In this document: in pieces, positions 36,830-50,754 of the stretch
How the letters are laid out: every line of letters starts with the position of its first letter
Numbering within the stretch: the stretch's first letter is position 1
DNA from: Hypanus sabinus
Taxonomy: Eukaryota
Direction: 5' to 3'
Assembly (NCBI RefSeq): GCF_030144855.1
Contig: NC_082730.1
Coordinates: 13,330,001-13,394,000, forward strand
DNA length: 64,000 nt
The notes under the pieces: model-generated
Seen by the model: the letters and a program-made list of their open reading frames with translations, nothing else
Database searches by the model: none
What the model was told of the DNA's origin: nothing
Made by a program: the position numbers and the translations under genes

Positions 36830-38340
36830 ATGGAATTACAGCGGCATGAGAGAGGAGCTTGTCCAGGTGGATTGGAGGGGCATACTGTTGGGGATAACAG
36901 CAGAGCAGAGGCGGCTGGAATGTCTGGGAATAGTTCACAAGGCGCAGGATACCTGGATTCCACAGAGGAAGTACTCCTCAAATCACAGGCGTAGGGAAGT
37001 TAAGGATTGCATGAAACCAAGGAAAAGCGTTTAAGGTAGCAAAAGTGAGTGGGAAGTTGGATGATTGGGAAGTTTTTAAAATTCAACCTAGGGCAACTAA
37101 AAAAAGCTATAAGAAGGGAAAAGATGAAATATAAGGCCAAACTAGCCAATAATACAAAGCAGGATACTAAAAGTATTTTCAATTTTAAAAGGAGTAAGAA
37201 GGAGGCAAGAGTTCATGTTGGACCACTGGAAAATGATGATGCTGAGGTGATAATGGGGGACAAAGAAATGGTAGATGAACTGTAAATTACACATTACATA
37301 TTTAGATGGAGACGTAACATAAAAATTTCTACTCCTCATGTATATGAAGGATGTAAGTAACAAAGTGAATTCAATAGTGCAGATTATTATCTAAATGTGG
37401 AGAAAATTTATACATCAGAGGTACACAGGGACTTTGGAGTCCTCGTGCAAACTCCCAGAAGGTTGATTTACAGGTTGAGTCTGTGGAAAAGAGGGCAAAT
37501 CCAATGTTGGCATTTATTTCAAGGGGAAATAGAATATAAAAGCAAGGAGATAATGCTGAGCCTTTATAAGACATCAGTCAGGCTGCATATGGAGTATTGT
37601 CAACAGTTTTGGGCCCCATATCTCAGAAAGGATGTGTTGTCATTGGAGAGATTCCAGAGGAGGTTTACAGGGATGATTCTGGGAATGAAAGGGTTAACAG
37701 AGAAGTGTTTGGCAGCTTTGAGCTTGTACTCACTGGAATTTAGAAGAATGTGGGGCGATCTCATTGAAACGTGCCGAAAGGACTAGATAAGGTGGATGTT
37801 TCCTATGTTGGGGCTATCCAGAACTAGAGGGCGCAGTCTCATAATTGAGGGGTGACCTTTTAGAAAAGAGGTAAGGAGGAATTCTTTTAGCTGGAGAGTA
37901 GTGAATCTGTGGAATGCTCTGCGACAGACTGGGGTGGAGGCCAACTTCGTGGGTGTATTTAAAGTGGAAGTTGATAGTTTCCTGATTGGTCAGGGCATCA
38001 AAGGATATGGTGGGAAGGCAGGTGTGTGGGGTTGAGTGGGATTCAAGATCAGCCATGCTGGAATGATGGAGCAGACTCAACGGGCTGAATGGCCTAATTC
38101 TGTTCCTACATCTTATGGTTTTATGGTCTTATGTACATACTTTGATAACAAATTTATTTTCAACTATGATATTTAAAGCAGAGGTTGATAGGTTTTTGAT
38201 TAGCATGGGCATCAAAGGTTACAGGAAAAAAGCAGGAGAATTGGTTTGAGATGGAAAATAAATCAGTCTTCATCAACTTGATGGACTGAATGGCAGAATT
38301 CTGCCCTATGAGTAGGTCTTTAGCACAGAGACTTACCAGT
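36830..38340 (+). mobile_element. CR1 LINE fragments
   Basis: LKKAIRREKMKY..KLA..K.D.K..F and MLSLYKT.VR.H.EYC.QFWAPYLRKDV motifs, with tail repeats. Confidence 0.82.
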
Positions 38341-40749
38341 GACACAAGGGAGATGCAGGTGCTGGAAATTGTAAACAACGCACACAAAGTGGTGCAAGAA
38401 TTCAAAAGGCCAGGTAGCGTCTATGGAGCGAATAAACAGCTGATGTTTCTAGTTGAGGGCTATCATCACAACTGGAAGGAAGAGGCAAAAGCCAGACGAA
38501 ATAGGTGTGTGTGGGGTGGGGAGGAGCACAGACTGGCAGGAGAAGGGGAATGTGGTTGAAGGGAATGATGTGAGAAGCTAGGGGGTGATAGGTGGAACAG
38601 GGAAAGGGCTGAGGAAGACAAAATCTGATAGGAGATGACAGTGGACCACAGAACAAAGAGAAGGAGGTGTGGTATTGGAGGGAGGTGATGGGCAGGTTAT
38701 GAGGCCAGGGGAGGAAAAGAGGAGGGCTGAAAGGGTCACCAGAGTGAGGGATATAGCCTCCTAGTATTTAGTAGTGGCTCTGTTGGAGTCTTCCATTGAA
38801 TTTTGAAATTTCTGTATAAGTTTCTAACTCAGTGGGAGGTCTGTTCAACACATATTTACTGATTCTTGATCCCAGTTCTGATCTGCCAGTTCTTCCAACT
38901 CCCCAGATTTGAACCACTGCTAGGTTACCCTCTCTCACATGCCCCTGTTTGTCCCTAAGGTTGTCTGGTCACCTCTCCGCCAACATGTCTGATTCTTGTT
39001 AGCCCCCGGATGGCGCATTAATGGACTCCTAGAGCGGGCAGTGCTCCATAGGTCCAGTGTTCTGGTGGGTCTGACTGCAGCTCCAGTTGTAGACAGAAAG
39101 AATTCACACGCACTCTGGGTTTACCTTCAGAGCAAACTTCCTCTTTATTAAAAAAGCCATCAGCAACAGGGGAGTCACACATTCTGGAAGGAATGCTCTC
39201 TGATTCAGCTTTCTTTCTTCTTATACTGTTTTTAATCTGTCTTTCCCTCACTCTCTCTCCCCCACATGTGCAGTGCATTCACAGTGAGGTAAGGCTTTTA
39301 CATATCGAGCTTCAGAGTCTACATGCTCTGTGTGCATTTAAGTTTGGGTACTTTGTTTTATATTAATTACAAAAATAGGTTTATTGCAAATTTGTAATTC
39401 TACAATACTACAAAGCAGAGACAATACAATGACTAACTCAAACTAAATTAGAATATTTCCAACACAGTCTATGATATATTTAACTCCTGCAGTGCTCTAT
39501 AGTCCCAGGACCCCTCCATGGTACCCAAGAGCACTGAGTGACTGTTCTCCACGGGCACAGATATACCCCGGAAGGTTGTCAAACAGTCAGCCTGGGCAGA
39601 GCCCTCTGCTATCCACCTCATCTTCACCAGACCCAGGTATCAGCTTATGAGAATATCCTCCTCTCTCCTTACAGTTGAGTTCCTTGTGTGTTGCATGAGC
39701 TGTGTGCAGTTCTGCTTTTAGTTTATTATGTACACGGGTAAGCTTTCGATCTGTGGGTTTATGGGATTGTCGTTAGGCTGGTAACCAGGCATCGGTTTCC
39801 TGTAGTTCAACTTTAGGCTGCAGTTCCTGGTTTGTAAGTTTCAGCATTCTCTGTAAATCAAAATATAGAATGATATACATTGTGCTGGGGGAGGGGGTTG
39901 GGGAGAAGTTGGCAGTGTGTTGGGGAATTGCAAAGGAGATGCTAACAGTGTGTTGGTGGGGAGTGTGTTGGGAACTTATGAAGGATGTTGGCCCAAAACA
40001 TTGTTTACTCCTCTCCATAGGTCCTGCCTGACCTGCTGAGTTCCTATAGCATTTTGTGTGTGTTTCCAGTGTCTCTTTTCCCCTTCCTAAACACACTGAT
40101 AACTCCCTCCTCTCAACATATTGACAACTCCCCACCAATACACTGAATACAACAAACCACCACATTGACAGCATCTCCATCTCCTGTCCACAACATTGAG
40201 AACTCCGTCCTCCCAACACACTGACAGCTTCCACTATCCCTGCCCCAACACACCACCAATTTCCCTTGCCTCTGCTCAATACACCAACAAATCGCCACCC
40301 CTTCCTCCACACGTGGCCAACTTCCCATTCCCCAGCACCCTAGCAACTCCCCTTTCCCTCTCCTAAACACCTCCAACTTCTCCCTCCCCAGTACATCACG
40401 AGCTTCCCTCCGCACCACTTCCTCAACACTTTGTCACCTCCATTACCAGAATGCATTCTGTCAGCCCATTCCACTACCCCACCCCCCGACAACTACCAAC
40501 CCAACCCCAAGCACCAGCTACCAGCCGTCCCTCCACCCATATCAACATTCCCCCAGCATCGGGCTCCATGCCACCTTGACTTGCGCACAGATTTCATCAA
40601 GTCCATGGTTGCTGAACACCTCTGAGCTTGTTCAGGGACAAGGGGGGATGAAGACCAAAGTGGTCACCAGCTGCTTGCTCCTGCACCAGGCCAACACAGC
40701 CCCATAGAAAGCTGTCATGGTCGGGGGTTTGTGGGAAATAGCTGCACTA

Positions 40750-41320
40750 AAACAAAGAAACGTTCACCCGACTGTATTTGCGATGCTTTCCAGGTGTTCT
40801 TTGGTGATTGAGTTAATTATTATTGCTGAGCAACCGCTGAATACACTACAGTTTCTGAGGCATGTTGTGTTCTTGCATTTCTAGGAGCATCTTGAACTGT
40901 AAGATTCATATACGTGCTCTCCACATTGTCTCTGCGATGCTTCACACTGGCATATACCACCGGCATTTCCTGTATGGTACAGTGAGAAATATAGTTAGTG
41001 GTGGACTGATGACAGGGGGGTGACCTCAGAAAATGGCAGAAGAGAGCATCAGTGAGAAGAATTGGAGAGTAAATAAACCAACATGAGAGTATGTAACCAG
41101 ACCCTAAGAGAAAAAAAAAATCTATGTGAACGTAGAAAGTGAGCCTGGGGAAATGCCGCGGGCAACAAAGGAACACCATCTGGGCATGACCTCTTCTGGT
41201 TACTACAATTGGTGAGGAAAAGCAGGATCCTGAAGACCCATACTCAAAGATTCAGGAACAGTTCCTTCCCCTCTGTCTTCTGACTTTTGGGTTGTTCATA
41301 AACCCATGACCACTACCTTG
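40750..41320 (+). mobile_element. Rex1-type LINE 3' end, duplicated at about 290-840
   Basis: Near-identical to 290-840, including its flanks. Confidence 0.7.
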
Positions 41321-42599
41321 TTACTAATACAAGATTCTGCAGGTGCTGGAAATCCAGAGCAACAAACACAGCATGCTGGAGGAAGCCAGGCGGTACTGAT
41401 GGACAGGAATAAGCAGTCAGCATTACAAGCTGAGACCCTCCCTCGGAGGGTCAACTCCTAAAACTCCTCCCTCAGAGTGTCAGACATCCTGAGCCAATAG
41501 GCTGGTCCTGGACTAATTTCCACTTGGCATTATTTACTTATTATTATTTAATTATTTATGATTTTTATATTGCTATATTTCTGCACTATTCTTGGTTAGT
41601 GTGACTGTAATGAAACCCAATTTCTCTCGGGATCAATAAAGTATGTCTGTCTGTCTTCATAAGGACAGAAAAGGATGGGATTGGAAGCGAGAAGGTTAGG
41701 GGAGGGGAAGGAGTGAAGCTGGCAGGTGTTGGGTGAAGCGAGGTGAGAGGGAAGGTGTGTGTGGGAGGAGGGGGGGATGAAAGGAGAAGCCGGGAGGTGA
41801 CAGATGGAAAGGTAATGGTTGAAGAAGGAGGAATCTGATAGGAGAAGAGAATGAATCATGACCTTCCAGAGAAAGGGAAGGAGGACGGACAACAGGGGGA
41901 AGTGATTGGCAGATGAGGAGGAGGGAGGGGGTAAGAAGGGAGCCAGAATGAGGAATTGAAAAAGAGAGAAGAGAATAGGGAGAAAGTACAGGAAGTTAGG
42001 TTTATACTTTTTTGACTATATTTTTCTGTAACAGAGGAATATTTTGTCTTTGCATTGCACTGCTGATGCAAAACAACAAATTTCACATCATATAAGTCCG
42101 TAATGATAAATTGAATCTGATGAAATGGAGATTTAAGATGTCTTTATGGTTAAAGATACTGTGAACATCATATTAACACAGACTATTGGCAGAAAGGAAT
42201 TAAATACCATCACCAATCTTGGGGAAGTTGCACTCGGCATTTCCCTGGACCAGATGATCTGCATCCTGGGATACTAAAGGTTATGGTTGTTGAATTAACA
42301 GGGTGGCATGGTAGTGTAGTGGTTAGTATAACACTACTTCATGATATTGAATAGGATAGGACTCCAACAACCTGGGTTTGATTCCTGCCACCGTCTGTAA
42401 GGAGTTTGTAAGGTGTTCCAGTTCCCTCCCATTTTCAAAATACATGTGGGTTGGGATTAGTGAGTTGTGGGCATGTCACGTCAGTACTGGAAACATGGTG
42501 ACTCTTTTGGGCTGCCACCAGCACATCCTTGAACTGTGTTGGTTGTTGATGCAAACAACTCGATTCACTACGTTTTGAGGTACATATGATAAATAAAGC

Positions 42600-43900
42600 A
42601 ATCTTTTATAAAGATCTTTTATCTTTACATGGAGAGAGAAATGATCGATAGGTAGGAAGTGAATAGGGACAACGGGTTCATTTTCAAATTACCGGAGAAT
42701 GATCAGTGCAGTGCCACAGGGGTCAGGGTTGGATCACTGCTGTTTGCAATATCTAGCAAAAACCTTGCAGGAAGGAAAGAAAGGCATGATGGCCACACTT
42801 GCAGACAATGTTTTGGTCACCTACCTACAGGAAAGAGGTAAGTAATGTTGAAAGAGTACAGAGAAAATTTACGTGGATGTTGCTGGTACTGGAGGGCCAG
42901 TATTATCAGGAAATATTGAATAGGTTAGTGCTTTATTCCTTGGAACATAGAAGATTGAAGAGCGATTTGACAGAGGTATATAAAATTATAGGGTTAATGC
43001 AAGCAGGCCTTTTCCGCTGAGGTTGGGTGGGACTACAACTAATCATGTGTTTAGGGTGAAAGGTGAGATGTTTAAGGAGAACATGAAGGGAAACTTCTTC
43101 ACTTAGCGGGTCATGAGAGTGTGGAATGAGCTGCCAGTGCAACTGATGCATGCAAGCTTGATTTCAACGTTTAAGAGGAATTTGGATAGCGACATGGATG
43201 GGAGGGGTATGGAGGGCTATGATCTGGTTGCAAGGCCAATGGGAATAATCAGTATAAATGGTTTGGCATGGACTGGATGTGCTGAAGGTCCTGTTTCTGT
43301 GCTGTACTTTTCTAATACTCAATGTCTCATTGCAAAGGTAGGTAGGAAAGCAAGTTGTGAAGTGGGTAATACTTCATGGAGGTTCTGAAAGATTAAACGA
43401 GTGGACAAAAATGTGCAGCTGTTTACTTTTGGAAGGTTGGGCGAAAGAACATTAAAATTATTTGAATAGGGAGGAAAATGCAGTAGGTTGCAGTGTGAAG
43501 TGGTCTGGGTGTCTTTGTGCACAGAAGGCCAGCACATAGTGCTCCAGGTAGGGAAGGCAAATGGACTGTTGGCCCTCACTTCACGGGGGCTGGACTGTTA
43601 TGGTAGGGGCATCTTCTCGTCACTAGTGAGTCCTTACTTAGAGCACTGTAAATAACTTTGGTCTTCCTATTTAAGAAAAGATTTCATTAAGGCAGTTCGA
43701 AGAAGGGTCACTAGGATGATCCAAGGCCTAGAGGGATTGTCCTACAAAATAAAAGGTTAAACACTTTGCAGTGCCAGTCTTTGATGCACATTCTGAGAAA
43801 AGTGCAAGGTGATCTTTTGAAACATGTAAGATTCTTTGGGGAGTGGCCAGCATAAATGCTGAGAGGGAAGCATAAAAGTCTGTAGATGCTGGAATCTGAA
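42600..43900 (+). mobile_element. Two CR1 3' fragments
   Basis: FWSPTYRKEV..VERVQRKFT and SLEHRRLK.DL.EVYKI motifs; a second RT-tail fragment follows. Confidence 0.75.
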
Positions 43901-45009
43901 AGGGAAAGGAGACCAAACTGCTTGAGGGACTCAACAAGCAATCAAAACTCTGCATCTGGGTGAGAGCACAAAGAGAAGACCATCAGTATAAAGAGGTGAG
44001 AGGGAGTGTAGAGGCAGGAGATGGTAGGTAATAGATGGAACCAGATGATGGGGGGTTAATGGGCAGGTAGGGGTAGAGGAGAGGGGAATTTAGAGACGAG
44101 ATCTGTGGGTGATCGGGAAGAACAGATAAGACAAGTGAAGAGTTAGATAGGGTCGAGGGGAGGGGAAAGGTGAAGTCAGATGCTGGAATTTAGTAAGGAA
44201 AGGATGATGGGTAGATGGAACCAGATGGGGAAAAGGATAAGAAGGGTAAGGCCAAGGGAGAAGAAACCCAGGTGGATAAATATGTGAATGTATGATGGGC
44301 AGAGGGAAAAGGAAAAAGTGAACAAAGGGAGAGGGGAGGTGGATTGGTAGGAGTGGGAAGGGGACATGAAGTGTGAGTAAGCTGAAACTGACAAACTCAG
44401 TGTTCATACCATTGGGTTTTCGTCTCCCCAGAGACTACGCAATATTCTTTTTTGAGTTTGGCAGTGGAGAAGGTTGAGAATGGACAACTAATGACTAATG
44501 TACTATGTTACAGTCTTGTCATGTGATCTATGTGTCACGTGACTCTCTTGGAATATCTTCAAGCAGAATTGGCTACCCCCCCCCCCCCCCCCGAGGCCTT
44601 AACCTGTTCTTTACATGAAGTGGCATCAACTTACTGTGACGTTTCCAGCTAGATTTTCTGCACCGTTAATCCTCTGTCCGTGTGTACCTGGAAAATGTAA
44701 TAATAACTTCACTGAGTTCTGATTTGCGATGGTTACTGTTAGGTTTATTCACTGAGGTCATATTTGCTGCTCTGCCCTTGACCACAGGAACTGCAGGGAG
44801 TTGTAGACACAGCTTAGCAAATCACGGCAACTAGCCTCCCCTCCATGGTCTTTGTCTATACCTCAATAGTTTAAGGGTTCAGAGGTTAATTTACTATCAA
44901 AGTATGCATGCAATATATTTGTCTTCTTCAGATAGCCATGAAACAAAGAAAGCCATGGAAGTTGTTCAAAGAGAAACATCAACCCCCCCCCCACACGAAA
45001 AACACATCA

Positions 45010-45215
45010 TGAATACAGCAAGAACATCAAACCCCAATTCTCCCCTCGCACAAAAATCTAACAAATCGTGCCAAACAGCAACAAGAAAGAAAGGCAACAC
45101 AATTATCAAACCCACCCCACGTGAAAAAATCACGCCAACAGCAATAAGAACATTAACCCTCAAACCCCGCTGCACAAAGAAATTGTGTCAAACAGCAACA
45201 AGAACGAACAAATGA
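45010..45215 (+). repeat. Degenerate A/C-rich minisatellite
   Basis: aacagcaa(c/t)aagaac..caaaccc recurs about four times at roughly 50-65 bp spacing. Confidence 0.55.
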
Positions 45216-47058
45216 AAACACAGAACATTAACGCCATAAAACTGAAAGCGCCACAGTCCACAGAGCAATCCATAAATCACAGAACGTTGGTAACATCCTT
45301 TGAGAGCATTGAAGGCGAGAGACCACTCGAATGCAGAGGCGTAAAGCAGCCAAAAAGACCCCACCCACCCCAGCCATTCCCTCTTCTCCTTTCTTCCTTT
45401 GGCCAGATGGTAAAAGAATTCAAAAGCGCGAGCCACCATGCTCGAGGGCAGCTTCTATCCTGCTGTTGTGAAACTTTTGAATGGTTCCTGAGTGTGATAA
45501 GATAGATTGCTGGCCTTACAATCTACCTCGTTATGATCTTGCACCTTATAGTCTAACTGCACTGCACTTTCTCTGTAGCTGTTACACTTTATTCTGCATT
45601 CTGTTATTGTTTTACCTTGTACTGCCTTAATTCACTGTGTAATGAATTCATTTGGATGAACAGCATGCAAGACAAGCTTTTCACAGTACCTTAATACATG
45701 TGATGATAGTAAGACAATTTTAATTCCAATTCAATGAAATATTTAAAAATTCAAGGGATTGTAAGATCTGAAAAGTGTACTTACACAGCACTTCAATACA
45801 CCTTCAGGAAACTGCAATGGATTATAGGGACCCCCCCCCCCCCCCACTCACAAGGAACTTATGTTCTAGGAAAATGGGCTATCATGATGTCTCTGAAAAG
45901 TGAAGCCACATCATCTGAACATACATCAAGATTATCTAATCTAAAAAATGCAGATTTATTTATTTTGTTCACACAAATTTGTGAAAATGTGTTTTAATCT
46001 GCATCTGAAAGTTGTCTGTGAATTCTGTAACCTGAATAGTGGTAATACTAGGGTGTTCTGTTCAAAATACTAAATTAACCTACCACAGTACAACGTTAAA
46101 TCCATGCCAACCAACTGAGATATCCATCTGAACTAGTCCCATTGGTCTGCATTTGCTCCATATCCCTCTTGGCCATCCCTATTTTTGTACCTGTCCAAAT
46201 ATCTTTTAAATGAAAGCATATCTACCTCTACAGCTTCCTCTAGCAGCTCTTTCCATATGCCTCCCACCCTCTGTGTGAAAAAATTTGTCTCTCAGGTGCC
46301 TTTTAAGTTTTCCCTCCTCTAACATTAAATCCATTCTTTTAACTTCTACTTCAGGCAGATGGGGCTCATCAGCCGTGGTTGGCAGCTCATCTAGGAGAAG
46401 GTAAACTCTGATCTCATACTTCTGCTGCCTTGTTGCTACATCTACTCATGGGGAAGGCTTTGGGTGTAAACCCTAAGAGAAAAATCCAGATCTGGAGTCC
46501 CTAAGGCAGTCATATGTGGAGTTCAATGCTGACTAGCAATTCTTGCGATGCTGTACGTGGGAAACTATCGGTCTCTGCCATTCCTTTGGGCTCGTCAGTT
46601 GTGTGGCGAGGAGAAGCTTGCTACAAAGGCAACAGCTTGCTCTCCATATCATGCTGCCCATGCTTGCATATCAAGACAGCTAGGACACAACATCCATTGC
46701 CGACCCTGATGAATGGAGGCCTCAGAACTGTCCTACCATGGGGAGAAAATGTAGCTATTCAATTTATCTACAGCCTTCATGATTTTATGTCACCCTTCAA
46801 ACTCCTAGGCTTCAGGAAAAAATGTCCCAACATTACCACCTTCTCCTTATAACTCAAGCCCTCTAATCTTAGTCAAGTCCTCATGAGTATTTTCTGCTTA
46901 TTGACACTCAGCTTATTAACCTCCTTCTGGTAACTGAATAACTTCTTGACCAGAACAGCTTGACACCAGGCTTTACAACTCCGAATAATTTCCACTAATG
47001 GAGTATCAATAGCTCAAAGGAGAAATATTTGTACCTCAAGGTACTTGTTCATATGACA

Positions 47059-47197
47059 TTAAACTGCACTTGGAGTTACAAAATGAAATAACATTGTGTA
47101 AATGTCTGAATCTATTGAGAAGCAGGATGTCTTTGTCTGCTTTTGAATTACCTCACTTAACTCCTGGTTTGCTGTTTTCATTACTTCCTTTGTACCA
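47059..47197 (-). CDS. Gene B: probable terminal cytoplasmic exon
   Basis: Acceptor ttctttgaaag|T, phase 2, matching the previous exon. Translation (C)GTKEVMKTANQELSEVIQKQTKTSCFSIDSDIYTMLFHFVTPSAV*. It is colinear without indels with the paralogue at 1272-1437. A possible internal donor GAG|gtaatt at 47152 makes the 3' end uncertain. Confidence 0.55.
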
Positions 47198-47335
47198 CTT
47201 TCAAAGAAAAACATTCTTGTTCATTCAAGGTATAACCAAAATACTTCCATCATCGTATTAGAGCTTTCAACCATCCGACACAGGTATTGTTTTTGTAGAG
47301 ACACGCAGCATAAAACAGGCTATTGAAATCTCAAC

Positions 47336-47830
47336 ACATTCCCATTTGGATATGACCATACACGGCCTCCTCTACTGCCATGATGAGGCCAAACTCCGGT
47401 TGGAGGAGCAACACCTCATATACCGTCTGGGTAGTCTCCAGCCCCTTGGTATCAACATCGAATTCTCCAACTTCTAGTAATTCCCTCCCTCTCCCTTCCC
47501 CCATCCCTCTTTCACTCAGCCTCCTCTTCCAGCTGTTTTTCACCTCTCTCATGATTCTGCCTTCTTCTACTACCCACAGTGCTTTCCCCTTAGATTCCTT
47601 CTTCACCTTTCCTGTCTATCCCCTCCCTGCTTCCCCTCCCCCCACCCCTTGATATTTCCTCTGATTGGTTTTTCACCTGGCAGCTTCCACCCTCCCCCCA
47701 CCTTCTTTATAGGGCCCCTGCCCCCTTCTTCTTTCGTCCTGATGAAGGGTCTTGGCCCGAAATGTTGACTGCTCCTTTCAATGGATGCTGCCCGACCTGC
47801 TCAGTTCATCCAGCTTATTTGTACGTGTTA
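47336..47830 (+). mobile_element. Penelope-like element 3' fragment (GIY-YIG C-terminus plus terminal repeat)
   Basis: HSHLDMTIHGLLYCHDEAKLRLEEQHLIYRLGSLQPLGINIEFSNF* followed by a pyrimidine-rich tract and the gatgctgc..gacctgct motif, which recurs throughout the window. Family assignment is from memory of similar sequences. Confidence 0.6.
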
Positions 47831-48172
47831 TTGAAATCTCAAAGTTGTGCCGACATTTTAACCTCCTCCAAGACCATTCTAACCCTTCCCTTTTCCCCTT
47901 GCACATAGGCCTCCATTTTTCTTTCATCCACGTGCCTATCTAAGAGTCTCTTAAATGGCCCAAGTGTATTCGTCTCTACCACCATCGCCGGGAGTGCTTT
48001 CCACTCTTTGTATATAAAAAAAAACCCTGAATTGCCCCCCCACACTTTCCTCCAATCACCTTAAATATATGCCTTGTCACATTAGTCATTGTCATCCTGG
48101 GTAATAGGCTCTGGATGTCCACTCTGGCAATGCCTCATCATCTTACACACCTCTATCAAGGTGCTGTCTAAC

Positions 48173-48230
48173 CAGTGCTTTGCAGATGTATAAACTGGTT
48201 GCTTTTGTAGACTAGGTGAGTGGTCTGAAT
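48173..48230 (-). CDS. Gene B: cytoplasmic exon 1
   Basis: 58 nt, acceptor cctttcacag|AT and donor CACTG|gttaga (weak-moderate), phase 1 to 2. Translation (D)SDHSPSLQKQPVYTSAKH(C). The paralogue at 1902-1959 has the same length. Confidence 0.7.
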
Positions 48231-48308
48231 CTGTGAAAGGCACCTCCGAGAGGAGAGCAATTTTTAAACCATCATTTGAACATCATCTTGATACTTAACT
48301 AAACTTAC

Positions 48309-48424
48309 CAGTCTTCATCTTCTGCCTGAGTTTTGCACAAACAATGACAGCAGCAATGAACAGCAGGAAGAGAACTGACAAGGCAACTGTCAGTATAAGG
48401 TGACTTTGGGATAAAGCTTTCGGC
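48309..48424 (-). CDS. Gene B: transmembrane exon
   Basis: 116 nt, acceptor ttttgcag|G and donor ACTG|gtaagt, phase 2 to 1. Translation (R)PKALSQSHLILTVALSVLFLLFIAAVIVCAKLRQKMKT: about 22 hydrophobic residues with no charged residue, followed by a basic stop-transfer stretch. Confidence 0.88.
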
Positions 48425-48589
48425 CTGCAAAATTCAACAAAGACATTTAACAGACCTCGACTATTGGGCACACTGAAACGTCCTGCTTCTCCTGTATTAC
48501 ACTATGTTTTTGATCTGCTAAGAACCAATATGATGTACATTTGAACACAGTTAAATTCTAGAATTTTACTACTTATCCTAAACACGCGA

Positions 48590-49420
48590 GCCTCTCACTC
48601 AATGTCAGCAAGACCAAGGAGATGATTATTGACTTCAGTAGAATGAAGCTAGTGGCCCATGAGACAGCCTTCATCAGGGGTGGAGAGGGTCAGCAGCTTT
48701 AAATTTCTTGGTTACAATTTCAGAGAACCTGTCCTGGAACCATCACATAAGTGCCATTATAAAGAAAGCATGGAAGCGCCTCTATTTTCTTCGACGTCTG
48801 CGGAGATTCGACATGTCATCTAAAACTCTGACCAACTTATATGGATGTGTGGTGGAGAGTATACTGACTGGCTACATCACAGCCTGGTATGGAAACACCA
48901 ATGCCCTTGAATGGAAAAGCCTATAAAAAGTAGTGGATACGGCTCAATCCATCATGGGTAAAGCCCGCCCCACCTGTGACTACATCTACATGGATCACTG
49001 GTACAGGAAAACAGCATCCAGCATCAAGGACCCCCACTATTCAGGCCATGCTCTCTTCTCACTGCTGCCGTCAAGAAGAAGGCAGAGGATTCTCAAGACC
49101 CACAACACAAGGTTCAGGAACAGTTATTACCCCTCAACCATCAGAGGGGATAACTTCACTCGTCCCATCACTGAACAGTTTCCACACCTATGGACTCACT
49201 TTCTTCATCTCATGATCTCGATATTTATTGTTTATTTATTTATAATGATAATTGTTGTTTTTCTTTCTTTGTGTATGTGTACAGGTTGTTGTCCTTTACA
49301 CATTGATTGTTTCTCCATCCTGTCGGGAATGGTCTTTCATTAATTCTGTTGTGTTTCTGGTATGTACGGTGATTGCCGGTAAGAAAATTAAACTCAGGGT
49401 GTTACATGGTGACAAATATG
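48590..49420 (+). mobile_element. Rex1/Babar-type LINE 3' fragment in the stalk-TM intron, with a matching insertion at about 2290 in gene A
   Basis: KRLYFLRRLRRFDMS.KTLTNLY.CVVESILTG.ITAWYGN motif. Both copies start at the same position relative to the TM exon. Confidence 0.8.
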
Positions 49421-49926
49421 TACGTTGAAGCTGTGAACTTTGAGATTCTAGAAATCCAAAGCAACACACACAAACTGCTGGAGGAGCTCAGCAGATCAAT
49501 CAGCATCTATGGAGAGGAATAGACTGTTGATGTTTTGGTGGGATTGGAAAGGAAGGGGGAAGAAGCCAGAATAAGAAGGTGGGGGGAAGAAGGCGAAGGA
49601 GAACAAGATTGCAAGTGACAGGTGAGAGCCGGTGATGGGGTAGGTTGGTCACCTTTTACCTCTTCCACCTGTCGTCTCCCAAATTTTTTACTTCATCCCC
49701 CTCTCCCTACCCACAGCTGATCTTACATATCACATTTTTTCCATATCATTCCCCCCAACTTTTTAATCTTGCTTCTTTTCCCTTCCTTTCCAATTCTGAT
49801 GATGGTTCTTCATCCATAAAGGCAACTATATATCCCCCATCCCCCATGAAACACAGAGGAATTGTACAATCCAACTCCAAATTTGTTGCTGCTACAATTC
49901 CTTGTCAATTACATAATTCTACCAAT

Positions 49927-50190
49927 GCCGGCTGGTGGCGTACTGGTATCAGCGCAGGACTTCAGGGTGAGAGGTCCTGAGTTCGAATCTGGCCGACGCT
50001 CTCCACCCGTGCTGGGTTGAGCGTTGAGCTAGCAACTCGACCTTGTAAAAAAAAACCAGGAGAGGGATGGGCTCCACCAGGCGTCAGATGCCCAAGACAT
50101 GCCGTACGATGACCAATCAAAAGATCAGTGCAAAAAGCTTGTCACCCCGACAACTGCACCAGGAGCTAAGGGTGCGCGTTAGACCTCAGA
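49927..50190 (+). mobile_element. tRNA-derived SINE
   Basis: A box TGGCGTACTGG (49936) and B box GTTCGAATC (49981). No full tRNA cloverleaf; continues into non-tRNA body sequence. Confidence 0.65.
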
Positions 50191-50754
50191 AAATGCTCAT
50201 CACGGATCAATAGTTTATCACTATCTAGCAATGAAATCACTGTATTACCAAGTCTAGGAACCCTCCAACCTGATGGCATGAACATTGATTTCTCCAACTT
50301 CATGAAATTTGTTGCTTTGTGGCAGTGGTGTAGGGAAAAGACATTAAATTACTTTAAATTACAAAGATTAATGAATAGCAAAATAAAAAGGAATAACATG
50401 ACAGCAATGAACCTAAATTCTGGTAATGCCTGCCCCTCCCTCTCACCTCTTCTTCATTTTCCCAATTTGGCTTCTTACCACTTCTCCCCACCTGCCTATC
50501 ACCTCGCACTGGGTGCCCTTCTTCATCCCTTTCTCCCATGATTCTTTCTCCTCTCCTATAAAATCCCTTCTTCTCCAGCTGTTTCTACTTATCACCTCCT
50601 AGCTTCTTACTTCACCCTACCCCCATCCCACTCACCTGGTTCTACCTATCATGTTCTAGCTTGTCCTCCTTCCTCCCCCCCCCCACCTTCTTATTCTGAA
50701 ATCTTCCCCCCTTCTTTTCCACTCCTGATGAAGAGTCTTGGCCCAAAATATCTA

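Noticed and set aside
39773-40450. 179-aa and 101-aa Gly/Val/Trp/Cys-rich ORFs
   Set aside because: Artefacts of a low-complexity ccaacacac-rich, strand-skewed tract.
49927-50000. tRNA gene
   Set aside because: It has A and B boxes only, with no acceptor stem, and continues into SINE body.
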